A stretch of 64,000 nt of DNA, from NCBI RefSeq assembly GCF_030028105.1, contig NC_092373.1, positions 135,724,278 to 135,788,277 of the forward strand. The letters run 5' to 3'. The stretch is from Mobula birostris (taxonomy: Eukaryota). The translations under genes were made by a program, and so were the position numbers. Positions 1 through 12,750 of the stretch are shown one piece after another. Each line of letters opens with the position of its first letter. Position 1 is the first letter of the stretch. A model generated the notes under the pieces. The model had not been told where the DNA came from. It was given only the letters and a program-made list of their open reading frames with translations, and searched no databases.

Positions 1-250
1 CGGGGGATTGGAGTCAGGCCGTCGGGCCAGGGGATTGGAGTTGGGCCGTCGGGCCGGGGGATTGAAGTTGGGCCGGGGGATTGGAGTTTGGGCCGTTGGG
101 CTGGGGGATTGGAGTCAGGCCGTCGGGCCGGGGGACTGGAGTCAGGCCGTTGGGCTGGGGGATTGGAGTCAGGCCATCGGGCTGGGGGATTGGAGTTTGG
201 GCCGTCGGGCCGGGGGATTGGAGTTGGGCTGTCGGGCTGCAGGAGAAGTT
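1..250. repeat. G-rich tandem repeat, ~27-bp unit (CCGTCGGGCCGGGGGATTGGAG[TCAGG/TTGGG]), truncated by the window start
   Basis: About 9 imperfect copies are visible. ORFs 8..445, 81..272 and 88..357 are repeat translations. Confidence 0.85.
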
Positions 251-479
251 GGATTGGGTTTGGCAGTGCTGACCTGGGTGGAGACTGTGCCACTACCTGC
301 TGTTTGGAGACACCTGAGTTGGTGCCTTCAAGTTGCCACGCAGGCTGTGAACAGTGAAACCATGAGTGACTGTCTTGGACGTTTCTTTTGCGATTGCAAG
401 ACCCTGTTGGACATTGAGCGCCGCAGGCCTGCTTCCTTTGTTTGATGGTGAGGCAGCAGTGCCTCCTCGGTTATAGCTA

Positions 480-790
480 GGACTCGGCCTCAGTCCTCGG
501 GTTTGCGTTGTAGTGTGGAGTCCAGGCTCGGTTGGGGTTGGCCTCTCCTGTTGGTGCTGCCCTCCAGTGTTGGGTCAGTGGAATTACAGGCTGGGAGCCG
601 TCTATTTGCAGGACTTGTCAGTCAGGAACTTGGCCTAAAAATTTGTTTTCCTACATGACTATGCTTTTTCTACCTTTTGTGTTATTTTGACTGCATATGT
701 ATGTTTTTGCACCTTGGCCCCAGAGGAACACTGTCTCATTCAGCCATACCCATCTATAATTTGAATGACAATTAAACCAGATTTGATTTT
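480..790 (+). mobile_element. 3' UTR/tail of a non-LTR retroelement (Rex1/Babar- or L2-like)
   Basis: Ends in ...TTGCACCTTGGCCCCAGAGGAACAC...GAATGACAATTAAACCAGATTTGATTT, a tail style typical of these elements; no coding part recognised. Confidence 0.4.
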
Positions 791-923
791 TTGATTTTTA
801 ATACATCGCTGTTTTGGCAATTTCCAGAAGAGGGCAGTGCAAGACCACTGAAAGAGCAAAATAATAAACCTTGAAAAGGCACAGCGTTGGTCCAATAGAA
901 ATGAAGTGTGGATGATTGAAGCA

Positions 924-925
<2 letters not shown>

Positions 926-960
<35 letters not shown>
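926..960. repeat. (AC)n microsatellite
   Basis: Perfect AC run of 35 bp. Confidence 0.95.
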
Positions 961-963
<3 letters not shown>

Positions 964-1147
964 TCACATACCCTAAGCTGCACACTAACACAGACACACA
1001 GAAATGTGGATATCAGGCATGAATATACTTGCAAGATCAGACCCAGTGGTTGTGTCTGATTAAAAAAATTCTGACACTGCATGAGCTATGGCAATTTAGG
1101 TCATATCAAAGTTCAAAGTACATTTATTATCAAAATATGTATACTAT

Positions 1148-4100
1148 ATGACCATAAGACATAGGAGCAGAAATAGGCCATTTGGCCCATTGAGTCTGCT
1201 CCACCATTCAATCATAGCTGATCTTTTTATTCCTCATCAGCCCCACTCCCCGGCCTTGTCTCCATAACCCTTGATGCCGCGTCCAATCAAGAACCTATCA
1301 ATCTCTGCCTTAAACAACCTGGCCTCCACAGATGCCTGTGGTAATAAATTCCACAAATTCACCACCCTCTGGCTAAAGAAACTTCTCTGCATCTGTTTTA
1401 AATGGACACCCCTCTACCCTGTGACTATGCTGTCTTGTCCTAGACTCCCCAACTATGGGAAACATCCTTTCCACATCTACTCTGTCTAGGCCTTGCAACA
1501 TTTGAAACGTTTCAATAAGATCCCTCCTCATCCTTCTAAATTCCAGCAAGTACAGACCCAGAGCCATCAAACGTTCCTTATATGATAACCCTTTCATTCC
1601 ATGAATTATCCTTGTGAACCTCCTGTGGACCCTCTCCATTGACACCACATCTTTTCTAAGATGAGGGGCCCAAAACTGTTCACAATACTCAAGGTGAGGC
1701 CTCACCAGTGCCTTATAAAGCCTCAGCATCCCTGCTCTTGTATTCCAGATCTTGAAATGAATGTTAACATTGTATTTGCCTTCCTCACCACCGATTAAAC
1801 CTGCAAGTTAACATTTAGGGTGTTGTGCACACGGACTCCCAAGTCCCTCTGCATCTGATTTTTGGATTTTCTTCCTGTTTGGAAAATAGTCTGCACATTT
1901 ATTTCTACTATCAAAGTGCATAACCAAGCATTTTCCAACATTATATTTCATTTGCCACTCTCTGGTCCATTCTCCTAATCTGTCTAAGCCCTTCTGCATC
2001 CTACTTGTTTCCTCAACACTACCTGCCCCTCCACCAATCTTCATATCATCTGCAAACAAAGCCATCTATTCCATCAACTAAATCATTGATATACAGCATA
2101 AAAAGAAGTGGTCCCAATACCAACCCCTGTGGAACACCACTCGTCACTGGCAGCCAACCAGAAAAGGATCCTTTTATTCCCACTCACTGCCTCCTACCAA
2201 TTAGCCAATGTTCTAACCATGTTAGTAACTTTCCTATAATGCCATGGGCCCTTAACTTGGTGAGCAGCCTCATTTGTGGCATCTTGTCAAAGGCCTTCTG
2301 AAAGTCTAAATATACAACATCCACTACATCCCCTTTATTTATCCTACACGTAATCCCCTCAAAGAATTCCAACAGGTTTGTCAGGCAAGATTTCCCCTTA
2401 AGAAAACCCTGCTGACTTTGTCCTATCTTGTTCTGTGTCTCCAAGTACTCCATAACCTCATCCTTAACAATTGACTCCAACACCTTCCCATCTACTGAGG
2501 TCTATAATTTCCTTTCTGCTGCCTTCCTCCTTTCTTAAAGAGTGGAGTGACATTTTCAATGTTCCAGTCCTCTGGCACCATGCCAGAATCCAATAATTTT
2601 TAAAAGATTGGCGACATGATAGGGATATATAAGATGTTGAGGGGCATTGATTGTGTGGATAACCAGAGGCTTTTTCCAAGGGCTGAAATGGCTAACACGA
2701 GGGGGCATAGTTTTAAGATGCTTGGAAATAGGTACTGAGGGGATGTCAGGGGTAAGTCTTTCACACAGAGAGTGGTGAGTGCGTGGAATGCACTGCTGGC
2801 AGCGGTGGTGGAAGCGGATACAATAGGATCTTTTCAGACCCTCTTAGATAGGTACATGGAGCTTAGGGCTATGCGCTAGGGAAATTATAGGCATTCTCTA
2901 GCGTAGGTTACATGGTCGGCACAACATCTAAAGTAGGTTACACAGTCGGCTAGCATCTCCTTCCAGTAACACTCAATCCAGTATAACTGATCCCTAAGTA
3001 GGCTCAACAACAAACTGTTCTAAAAAGCCATCTCATAGGCATTCAACAAACTCATTCTTTTGGGATACATTTCCAACCTGATTTTTCCAATCGACCTGAA
3101 TGTTAAAATCTCCCATGACTATTATAACGTTGCCCTTTTGACATGCCTTTTCTATCTCCTGTTGTAATCTGTAGTCCACTTCCCAGCCACTGTTGGGAGG
3201 CCTGTATATAACTGCCATAAGGGTCCTTTTACCCTTGCAGTTTCTTAATTCAACCGATGAGGATTCAACAACTTCTGATTCTTTGTCACATCTTTCTACT
3301 GATTTGAAGCTATTCTTTACTAGCAGAGCCACGCCACCCCATCTGCCTACCATCCTACCCCTTTGATACAATGTGTAACCTTGGATATTCAGCTCCCAAC
3401 TACAACCATCCTTCAGCCACGATTCAGTGATGGCCACAACATTATACCACCTTATTTCTGATACTCCATGCACTGAGATATAATACTTTGAGTACTGTAT
3501 TTGCTACACTTATTGATTCTGCATCCCTAATGCACTGACACTCACCCTGCTGGCTGCAATTATGTCCATTCATTTGCCTGCCTTTCTTGACAGTCTGACT
3601 GCACGCTATCTTTGCTTTTATATCATCCATCCTATCCTGATTCCCTTCACTCCAGTTCCCACCCCCCTGCCAAATTAGTTTAAACCCTCCCCAACAGCTC
3701 TAACAACCTACCCACAAGAATATTGGTCCCCCTCAGGTTCAGGTGCAACCCATCACTTTTGAACAGGTCATATCCCATCCCCACACCCCAGAAAAGATCC
3801 TAATTATCAAAGATCCTGAAGCCCTGCCCCCTGCACCAGCTTCTCAGCCACGCATCTGCCAAATCATCCTGTTTCTACCCTCACCAGTGCGTGACACAGG
3901 CAGCAATCCAGAAATTACGACCCGGGTTGCCCTGCTTCTCAAATTCCTACCTAGTTCTCTAAATTCTCTTTTCAGGATCTCATTGCTTTTCCTTCCTATG
4001 TTATTGGTGCCAATATGTACCAATAGGTCTCCCTCCCCCTATAAAATGCTGTGATCGTGATCCGAGACGTCCCTGACCCTGGCACCTTGGAGGCAACATC

Positions 4101-4610
4101 CCATTCAGGTGTTCTCTTCATGTCCACAGTATCTCCAGTCTGTTTCCCTGACTATTGGGTCCCCTATCACTAGAACTCTGCTCTGATTGATTACTTGTCA
4201 CTCTCCCATGCAAGTCGAAGGTTATCCAGCTGCTGCTCCAGATCCCTAACACGGTCTTCAAGGAGCTGCAACTGGATGCACTTCATGCAGATGTAGTTCC
4301 CTGGGAGACTCTGGCACTCCCAGGACAATAACCTCCGGCATGAAGAACCCACAACGGCCATTTACTACACTAGGTACAGTAAGAGAGAGAAAAAAAGAAG
4401 CTTAACCAAAACTTACCCAGAGCTGAAGTCTCCTTTGAGCCAAAGCCTGATACTCCTACGCTGGCCTACTCCCAACAATGGCTGCCCCGACAATGGCTGA
4501 TCTGTCCCTTCTGTACCTTTAAACAAGCATTGCAGACCTGCGAGAAACCTCAGCACTGTGACCTGCTCTCGCCGCTGATTGGACTATCGGAATAAGCCTG
4601 AACGGCCACG
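1148..4610 (-). mobile_element. CR1 LINE, degraded and near full length (ORF1 SGNH-esterase region, APE endonuclease, RT), with internal deletion
   Basis: Minus-strand ORF pieces: [11 protein letters not shown] (RT), KSCLTNLLEFFE...VYLDFQKAFDK, IIVMGDFNIQVDW (EN). 3' end at ~1148 (ACCATAAGACATAGG). Confidence 0.92.
2612..2950 (+). mobile_element. CR1 3'-end fragment nested in the opposite orientation
   Basis: Encodes the ORF2 C-terminus (YKMLRGIDCVD...FFTQRVVSAWNAL-like) plus 3' UTR; interrupts the minus-strand CR1. Confidence 0.8.
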
Positions 4611-5129
4611 AAGCTCTCTTCTTAAACAAGCGTTGCTGACCTGCGAGAAACCTGTGACCTGCTCCTGCCGTTGATTGGACAGTCGGAATACAACCTTGAG
4701 ATTCATCTTCTTGCAGGCAGCCACAAAACAAAGAAATGCAATTAAAAAAAACTCCCACACTGCAAAGACCGTCAAACGTCCAATCTGTGATCAAATTGTA
4801 GCGCAGTCTCCGAAAGTGAATCGACAGCCATGGAGCCAGCTCTGAGCCAAACACCATTTTGGTTTTCGCTGTCAGGTCCAGGCTCTGCTGCTGTGATGCA
4901 GCCCCAAGTCTGTTCCAGCAATGGCCACCGTGACAACATCTGCATTCTTGCAAGTCCGGTTCACTGAATCATTCAGAATAGCACAAAAACGCGATGTCGT
5001 ACAGACGGTTCAAAGACAGAACTCGCAAAGGGAAATTACAGGCTACGGATTGCAATGGTCGTAGTCCATCAAAAGTGTAATTAATAGAATAGTGAGTGGT
5101 TTTGTTTGCTGCCTGGAAGGCATTACAAT

Positions 5130-5409
5130 GTCTCGCCAGAGCCACCTCTATCAGAACATAGGGGCAAAGGGAGGGAGGGGAGGGGAGGGAACACCGACTC
5201 AGACCATGAGAGGCCTGCGTCAGGCATTTTCGTGCCTTACAAGGCGCAGATTGGAAGTCTGTGTGGGGCGCCACTCCTCGCACAGACTAGAGCAATGTGT
5301 GATTAAGTGCCTTGCTCAAGGGCACAAAGACGCTGCCACAGCTGAGGCTCGAACTAGCGACCTTGAGATAACTAGACAAACGCCTTAACCACTTGGTCAC
5401 GTGCCCAAC
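5130..5409 (-). mobile_element. tRNA-derived SINE
   Basis: Minus strand starts GTTGGGCACGTGACCAAGTGGTTAAGG (A box) ... AGTTCGAGCC (B box). Possible ACAAT TSD at 5125-5129 and 5410-5414. Head shared with the SINE at 33404-33720. Confidence 0.8.
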
Positions 5410-5989
5410 ACAATAGAGGCAAAAATGAGGCAAAAATATATGAGGTCATTCTTACTCTCGGCCATTAGGCTCTATAATGAGTCAACCTATAGCTGGGAAG
5501 TGATGACCCCCTCCTGTTAAATTGTTTGTGGTAACTTATTTTTTAGTGTAAGGAATTGGTGCAAGGGGCAGTATTTGTGTCTAAGTGAAGGCTCTTTACC
5601 ACAGAATAATTGAGTTATGGTTTAAGCCACTGCCCACACTCATAGAGCAATCTTTACCTTCTACATTTCTGTTTTGCATTTGGGATTTTGTCCGTTTATT
5701 TGCAGAAATGTCTGATTAGATATTGTTCCCTGAAACATTTTTTTTATCACTAGTGACCACAGGTCAGTTTGATAGTTTGATAAAATTGAGTTTGAGCAAC
5801 AAGCAAGTTTATGCAACTTTTCAATATTTCGCTGAACATTAATTTTGAACTCTGCCTAACAATAGGATTTGAATTGAGTAACATCCCATACATTGTTCAG
5901 CTGTCAAGGTACCATCCTAAATGATATCCATGAGGTGACTGGCTTATATAGGCTGCTGCTGCCACTGACAATCATAACCTGTTCCTCAC

Positions 5990-8399
5990 CAGGACATAGG
6001 AGCAGAATTGAGGCCATTCAGCCCATTGAGTCTGCTCCACTGTTCCATCATGGCTGATCCCAGATCCCACTCAAGCCCATACACCCGCCCTCTCACCAGG
6101 TCCTTTGATGCCCTGGCCAATCAGGAAACTATCAACTTTCACTTTAAATATACCCACAGACTTGGCATCCACCACAGTCTGTGGCAGAGCATTCCACAGA
6201 TTTACTACTCTCTGGCTAAAAAAATGTCCTCATGCCTCAATTTTGAGGATGTGCCCTCTAGTTCTAGATACCCCCACCATAGGAAACACCCTCTCCACAT
6301 CCACCATATCTAGTCCTTTCAACATTCAGTAGGTTTCAATGAGATTCCCCCCCCCAATACGTCACATTCTTCTAAATTCCAGTGAGTACAGGCCCAAAGC
6401 AGCAAAAAACACTCCTCACATGTTAACCCCTTCATTCCTGGAATCATCGTCATGAACCTCCTCTGGATTCTCCAATGACAACACATTCTTTCTAGATATG
6501 GGGTCCAAAACTGTTGACAATACTCCCAGTACAGCCTGACTAGTGTCTTATAAAGGCTCAGTGTTACCTCCTTGCTTTAATATTCTATTCCCCTTGAAAT
6601 AAATGCCAACATTGCATTTGCCTTCTTTACCACAGACTCAACCTACACATTAACCTCCTGGGAGTCTTGCATGAGGACTCCTAAGTCCCTCTGCACCTCT
6701 GATGTTTGAACCTTCTCCCCGTTTAGATAATAGTCCGCACTATTGCTCCTTTTACCAAAATGCATTATCATACATTTCCCAACACTGTATTCCATCTGAC
6801 ACTTTTTGCCCCATTCTTCCAATTTGTCTAAGTCCTGCTGCAATCGCATTGCTTCCTCACCACCAACTACCCCTCCATCTATCTTCCGATCATCTGCAAA
6901 CTTTGCCACAAAGCCATTAATTCCATTATCCAAGCCATTGACAAACAATGTGAAAATCAGCAGTCCCAATACTGACCACTGAGGAACACTACTAGTCATT
7001 GGCAGCCAACCAGAAAAGCTCCCTTTTATTCCCACTCGCTGCATCCTGGCTGTCAGCCATTCCGCTATCCATGTCAGTATCTTTCCTGTAACGCCATAGG
7101 ATTTTGTCTTGTTAAGCAGCCTCGTGTATGGCACCTTATCAAATGCCTTCTGAAGATCCAAGTAAATGACATCCACTGCCTCTCCTTTGTTCACCTTGCT
7201 TGTTACTTCCTCAAACAACTCTCACAGATTTGTCAGGTAAGGTTTCCCTTTACGGAAACCATGCTGACTTTGACATATTTTATCATTAGTCTCCAAGTAC
7301 CTCAAAACCTCATCCTTAATAATAGACTCCAACACTTTCCCAACCACTGAGGTTAGGCTAACTGGCCTAATTTCCTTACTTTTGCCTTCCTCCCTTCTTA
7401 GAGTGAAGTGACATTTGCAATTTTCCAGTCCTCTGGGACCATGCCAGAATTCTTGAAAGACCATGACGAATGCATCCATTATTTCTTCAGCAACCTTTCT
7501 CAGGACTCTGAAATGTAGTCCATCTGGTCCAGATGACTCATCCAGCTTAAGACCTTTGAGTTTGCCGAGCACTATTTCCTTTGTAATAGCGATGGCATTC
7601 ACTCCTGCTCCCTGACGCTCATGTACCTTTGGCACACTGCTAGTGTCTTCCACAGTGAAGGCAGATGCGAAGTACCCATTAAGTTCATCTGCCATTTCTT
7701 TGTCCCCCATTACTACCTCACCAGCATCATTTTCCAGTGGTCCAAAATCAATTCTCACCTCTCTTTTACTCTTTATATAACTGACAAACTTTTGCTTTTC
7801 TGCTTCATATTATTGGCTAGTTGGCCCTCATATTTCATCTTTTCACTTCTTATCGCTTTATAGTTGCCTTTTGTTGGACTTTAAAAGCTTCCCACTCACT
7901 TTTGCTGTCTTATATGCTGTTTCCTTGGCTTTTATGCAGTCCTTAACTTCCCTTGTCAGCCACGGTTGCCTACCCCTGCCATTTGAGAACTTCTTCCTCT
8001 GTGGGACACATCTATCCTGTGCCTTGTGATCTATTCCCAAAAACTTCAGCCATCTCTGCTCTGCCATATAGTATCCTCCTCCCCCAATCCACCTAGGCAA
8101 GCTCCTCTCTCATGTCTCTGTAATTCCCTTTATTCCATTGCGATACTGATACATGTGACCTATGCTTCTCCCTCTCAGATTGTAGTATAAATTCAATCAT
8201 ATTATGATCCTCCTAAGAGGTCATTTACATTAAGCTCAGTAATAAGATCTGGGTTATTACACAACACCTAATCTAAGATGGTCTTTCCCTGAGTGTGCTC
8301 AAGCACAAGCTGCTCTATAAGCCATCTTGTAGACATTCAACAAATTCCCTCTCTTGTGATCCAACACCAACCTGATTTTCCCAATCCCCTATGATATTG
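5990..8399 (-). mobile_element. CR1 LINE (RT to EN), interrupted by the RTE insertion; resumes at 12458-12750
   Basis: ORFs 6643..7218 (VAKFADDRKI) and 7222..7758. The EN sequence continues exactly across the RTE. Confidence 0.9.
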
Positions 8400-11300
8400 G
8401 GTGGTCGTCTCTCGGGGTCCGAGGAAGACTAAACATTGTGCAGTCATCTGTGGATACGCAAGTGGCTTCGGAGGCTGAAGGCCGAAGCACACATGTGGTT
8501 GCAGGTTGGACATGGAATGGCGGTTGTTAGAACAGGTGCAGACACAGCTTTGTGGCGTCGGTCTCGTGCTGCTGCAAGGTGCTGATTTCGGTCATCCTCA
8601 GCGTCAGACGCAGCTTTTCTGGTCAGGGCGCGTCACGAAGCCCTGTTGACTGCAGACTCCTCAAGTTGTCGAGGCTGAAGGTCTGTCATTTGATGTACGA
8701 TTTCAGACTGTCTTTGAATCTTTTTTTGCGGGGGCCCTGATTGTGACTGCCATGCCCAAGCTCACGGTAGAGCAGCTGCCTGGTGATGCTTGTTTCACCC
8801 ATGCAGATTACATGGCCAGTCCAGCGTAGCTGGGCCTGGAGGATCCTTGCCTCAATGCTTGTGCTGTTGGCTCTGTCGAGGGCTTCCTGGTTGGTGATTC
8901 AGTCCTGCCATCGAATCCTCATGATCGACCGCAGAGAGCACATGTGAAACTGCTCCAGCTGCTTGATGTGCCTGCGGTACAGGGTCCAGGTTTCACAGCC
9001 GTACAGGAGAGAGGTGAGAACCACAGCCTTGTACACCCTGAGCTTGGTTGAAAGCTGAATGTTCTTGTGATCCAGAACTTTGACACAGAGTTTCCCGAGT
9101 GCCTGGCTGGCTTTCTGGATCCTTGCTATAATCTCTTTGTCAAGGGATCTGTCACTGGAGATGGAATTTCCTAGATACTTGAAGCTCTCCACATTCTTCA
9201 GGAAGCCGTTGATGGTGATACATGGCTGAGGAGGGTGACTGTTTGGTGCAGGTTGCAGGAGAACTTCTGTCTTACTGAGGCTAATTGTCAGGCAGAACAG
9301 CTTTGAGGCTGCGGAGAACTTGTCAACAATCGTCTGCAGGCAGTTCTCCTGGTGGGCCATGAGGGCACAGTCATCAGCAAACAGGGCTTCAGTGATGACC
9401 CTCAACGTTTTGGTCTTTGCAGCAAGGCGTTTCAGGTCAAACATCAATCTGTCTAGGCGATATCTTATGTAAATACCCAGGTCCAGGTCCTTAACAACAT
9501 GCTTTCAGCATCTGGGTGAAGAAGAGGTTGAAGAGCACTGGTGCTATAACGCACCCTTGCTTCTTGCCATTTGAGATGTTGAAAGTCTCAGATGGGGAAC
9601 CATCTGAGAACACGTCTCCTGTCAGGCCATCGTGGAGCAGGCGGATGTGTGTAGTGAATTTCTGCGGGCAGCCAAGCTCTCTAAGGATGATCCAGAGCGC
9701 GTTTCTGTTGACTGTGTCAAACGCCTTCATCAGATCAATGAAGACAGAGTATAATGTCATGTTCTGTTCCAGGCACTTCTCCTGTATCTGTCTCACTGCA
9801 AAGATCATGTCGACCGTGCTGCGTTCGGGACGAAAACCACATTGCGACTCGGGAAGGTTCTCTTCTGACTCTGTTGGAATCAGTCTGTTGAGGATGATGT
9901 AGGCGAGGATTTTTCCAGCAATGGAAAGTAGTGAGATGCCTCTAGTTCCCGTAGTCGGTCCTTGAACCTTTATTTTTGTAGAGAGCGATTATTGTTGCGT
10001 CTCTGAGGTTAGGGGGCATCTCTTCTTCTTCCCAAATGCTAGTCAGAGTGCTGTGGAAAGTCTCAAGTGACTCCGTGCTGAGTGCCTTGTACAGTTCAGC
10101 AGGTATCCATCCTTGCCGCTGCTCATCTGCGTAACAGCCTTCTTGACTTCATCTATCGAGGGAGGATCATCTAGTTCCTCGTGAATAGGCTGTTGGGGGA
10201 TTTGGTTCAGAGCAGACTAGTCGACCGATGAAGGGCGGTTCAGGAGCTGGCTGAAATGCTCTTTCCGTCTGTGTTGGATGCTCTCTTTGTCCTTTAACAG
10301 TGTGGTTCCATCAGCAGACAATAGTGGAGATGAGCTAGATCTTGAGGGGCCAAAGATCATCTTGATGGAGCTGAAGAGCAGCTTCAAGTTGTTGATGTCG
10401 GTGAAGCGTTGCACCTCTTCAGCTTTCCTATCCCAGCACAGGTCATGCATCTTGCGAATTTCCAGTTGGGCATGGGCCTGAAGGGACTTGAACCTCTCTT
10501 CTTTGGGAATGGAGCTTGGGTCGTTTTGCCACTCCATGAATGTTTTGTCCTTCCTGGCCAGGAGATCTTTGATGCCACTGTCATTCTTGTCGAACCAATC
10601 TTGATGATTCCGGTCCTTGGGGCCGAGGACTGACTTTGCTGTCTCCATCACCATCTCTTGAAACTGATTCCACTTCTGGGTTGGCCCACTAGTTAGTGGT
10701 CTGTTGGCAGACAGCTTCTCATCAAGGGTGGTCTGGAACTTGCGAAGATACAGCGGCTCTTGGAGTCTGGCGGTGTTAAAAGCTGTTCTGATGAACTTAG
10801 GGCGCTTGGGATGGTGGGGAGCAATACGTAGCTTCAGTGTGGTGCGGACAAGCCTGCGATCAGTCCAGCACTCCGCTCCTCGCATGGCTCTGGTGATGAG
10901 GACATCCCGGATTTCTCGGCGACATACTATAACGTAGTCAATCATGTGCCAATGTTTGAATCTTGGGTGCATCCATGTTGTCTTGTATTTGTTCACCAGC
11001 CTGAACACTGTTTGTGATGAGGAAGTCATATTCTACACTTTTGCTAAGGAGCAAGAGGCCGTTGCTGTTCATATTGCCAATAACATGTTTGCCTAGAACC
11101 CCTTCCCAGCGACTGTGATCGCAGCCTACTCGGGCATTAAAGTCACCGAGCAGGATTAGTTTGTCATTGGCAGAGTCTGAGCACAGAACAGAGCTAAGGT
11201 CGGCGTAGAACTGTTCAATGGTCTCGTATTTGCTGGTCACAGTGGAGGCAGAAGCACTGATGACTGTTGCGTAACGTTTGTGGCTGAGGGGCAGACGTAG

Positions 11301-12457
11301 CCACATAAGCTTTTCGTTGATTCCCACGGGCTGGTCAGAGAGTTGTTTCACGAAGCTCGACTTGACTGCAAATCCAACTCCATGAATCCTCTCTTCATAC
11401 TGCACTTTTCCTTTCCAAAAGAAAGTGTAGCCGCTGGTGGTTTCAGTCAAGGATCCTTCCTCCACAAGCCTGGTTTCACTGAGGGCTGCGATGTTGATGT
11501 TGTAGCGTGAAAGTTCCTCGGCAACAAGGGCTGTTCTTCTTTGGGACCTTGCTGAGTTCTCTCTGTCCGTGAGTGTACGGACGGTCCATGATCCTACCAG
11601 AACTTTCTTTCTTCTCCTTTGAGGGTAACCACACTGGTGGATGAACTGCCAGCTGCGGCAAGCTGGCCAGTTATCTGTCTGTAGAGCAGGCAATGTTTAG
11701 GCCACCTTTTCTAAGCCCCTCCCTATCAAAAGGTGACCAGTGCTGTCCTGAAAAGGGCTGCTCAGTCACCGTTGGTGCTGCCGGACTCCTCAGCTACCCT
11801 GGGTACAGAGAAGAACGACCACTTGTCCAAAGGCCGCCTACGTGCGGGTTTGTGACTACAATTCCCAGTGGTCACCTCCACCTGCTGCTTCGCCACTCCC
11901 CCATCGCCATAGGACTTGTAGGAATTGAAAGTTGGGAGATGAATGTTGCACAATGTAACCAGTGCGTGAAAGATATTAAAGAGAAAAAGCCTTGCACAGA
12001 GATGATCCCACTCTCTCGGCCTCAGAAGTCAGGATCCAGTGGCACGAAGAATCATTACGTCTGGCAACTTCCTTGGCTGCATTGGATGTCTGTGTCTTCT
12101 TAAATGCTCTGCCACGCCCTACGCACTCCACAATGCGCTGCTGCAACGCCTTCTCAGCCGTTGGACCGCTGGGGTTTCCTCCGCCTGATCCACCAAAGCA
12201 GTCTTCGCATGCTGGGATGAGCAAGTTCCTATCTCACCAAGGGTTTCAGACCCGTTGGCTACCCTCACCTGGTTTAGCTGGCCTGTCGAAACCATTGCCC
12301 GGGGTGTGGCCACTGTCACATGCAAACAGCTACGAGGAGCCACAGGTGAGAGTTGGGTGTTGGTGGGGACCAATAGATGACGAGCCACTCCAAGGAGTGC
12401 GACAAGCCCCCCATCTAGAGGTGCTACCCCTCCCACACACCCCATGCACCCTTCTAG
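8400..12457 (-). mobile_element. Full-length (~4.06 kb) RTE-clade LINE: 5' UTR, APE endonuclease, RT, C-terminal C2H2 finger; frameshifted
   Basis: EN: GSWTVRTL...AALSETRL...LLGDFNARVG (10938..11693). RT: FIDLMKAFDTVNR, KQGCVIAPVLF, LFADDCAL. C-terminal CPTCNHMCASAFSLRSHLRIH at ~8450-8520. 7-bp TSD GATATTG at 8393-8399 and 12458-12464. Confidence 0.92.
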
Positions 12458-12750
12458 GATATTGAAGCTCCCTATTACAACTGTGTCATCACTCTTATTA
12501 TAAGCCTTTTCCAGCTCCCTTTGCAATCTCAACCCCATATCTCGGCTGTTATTTGGAGGCCTGTATATGATTCCCATAATGGGTTTTTTACCCTTAACTC
12601 CACCCACAAGATTCGACATTCTCTGACCCTATGTCACCTCTTTCTAAAGATGTAATTCCGTCTCTTACCAACAGAGTAACACCACCGCCTATGCCTTCCT
12701 GCCTGTCCTTTTGATACCAAGTATATCCTTTGATGTTAAGCTCCCATCCT
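12458..12750 (-). mobile_element. CR1 endonuclease fragment (5' continuation of 5990-8399)
   Basis: GWELNIKGYTWYQKDRQEGIGGGVTLLVRD and IMGIIYRPPN motifs. Confidence 0.85.

Noticed and set aside
2005-2301. Many 60-150 aa ORFs antisense to CR1/RTE/HERO RT regions (e.g. 2005..2301, 9516..9902, 23928..24332, 51334..51732)
   Set aside because: These are recurrent antisense shadows of the RT coding sequence, repeated in every copy, and not independent genes.
5340-5409. tRNA-like sequence (also 33650-33720 and ~30970-31040)
   Set aside because: These are SINE heads attached to SINE bodies, two of them with TSDs, and lack a complete cloverleaf; they are not tRNA genes.
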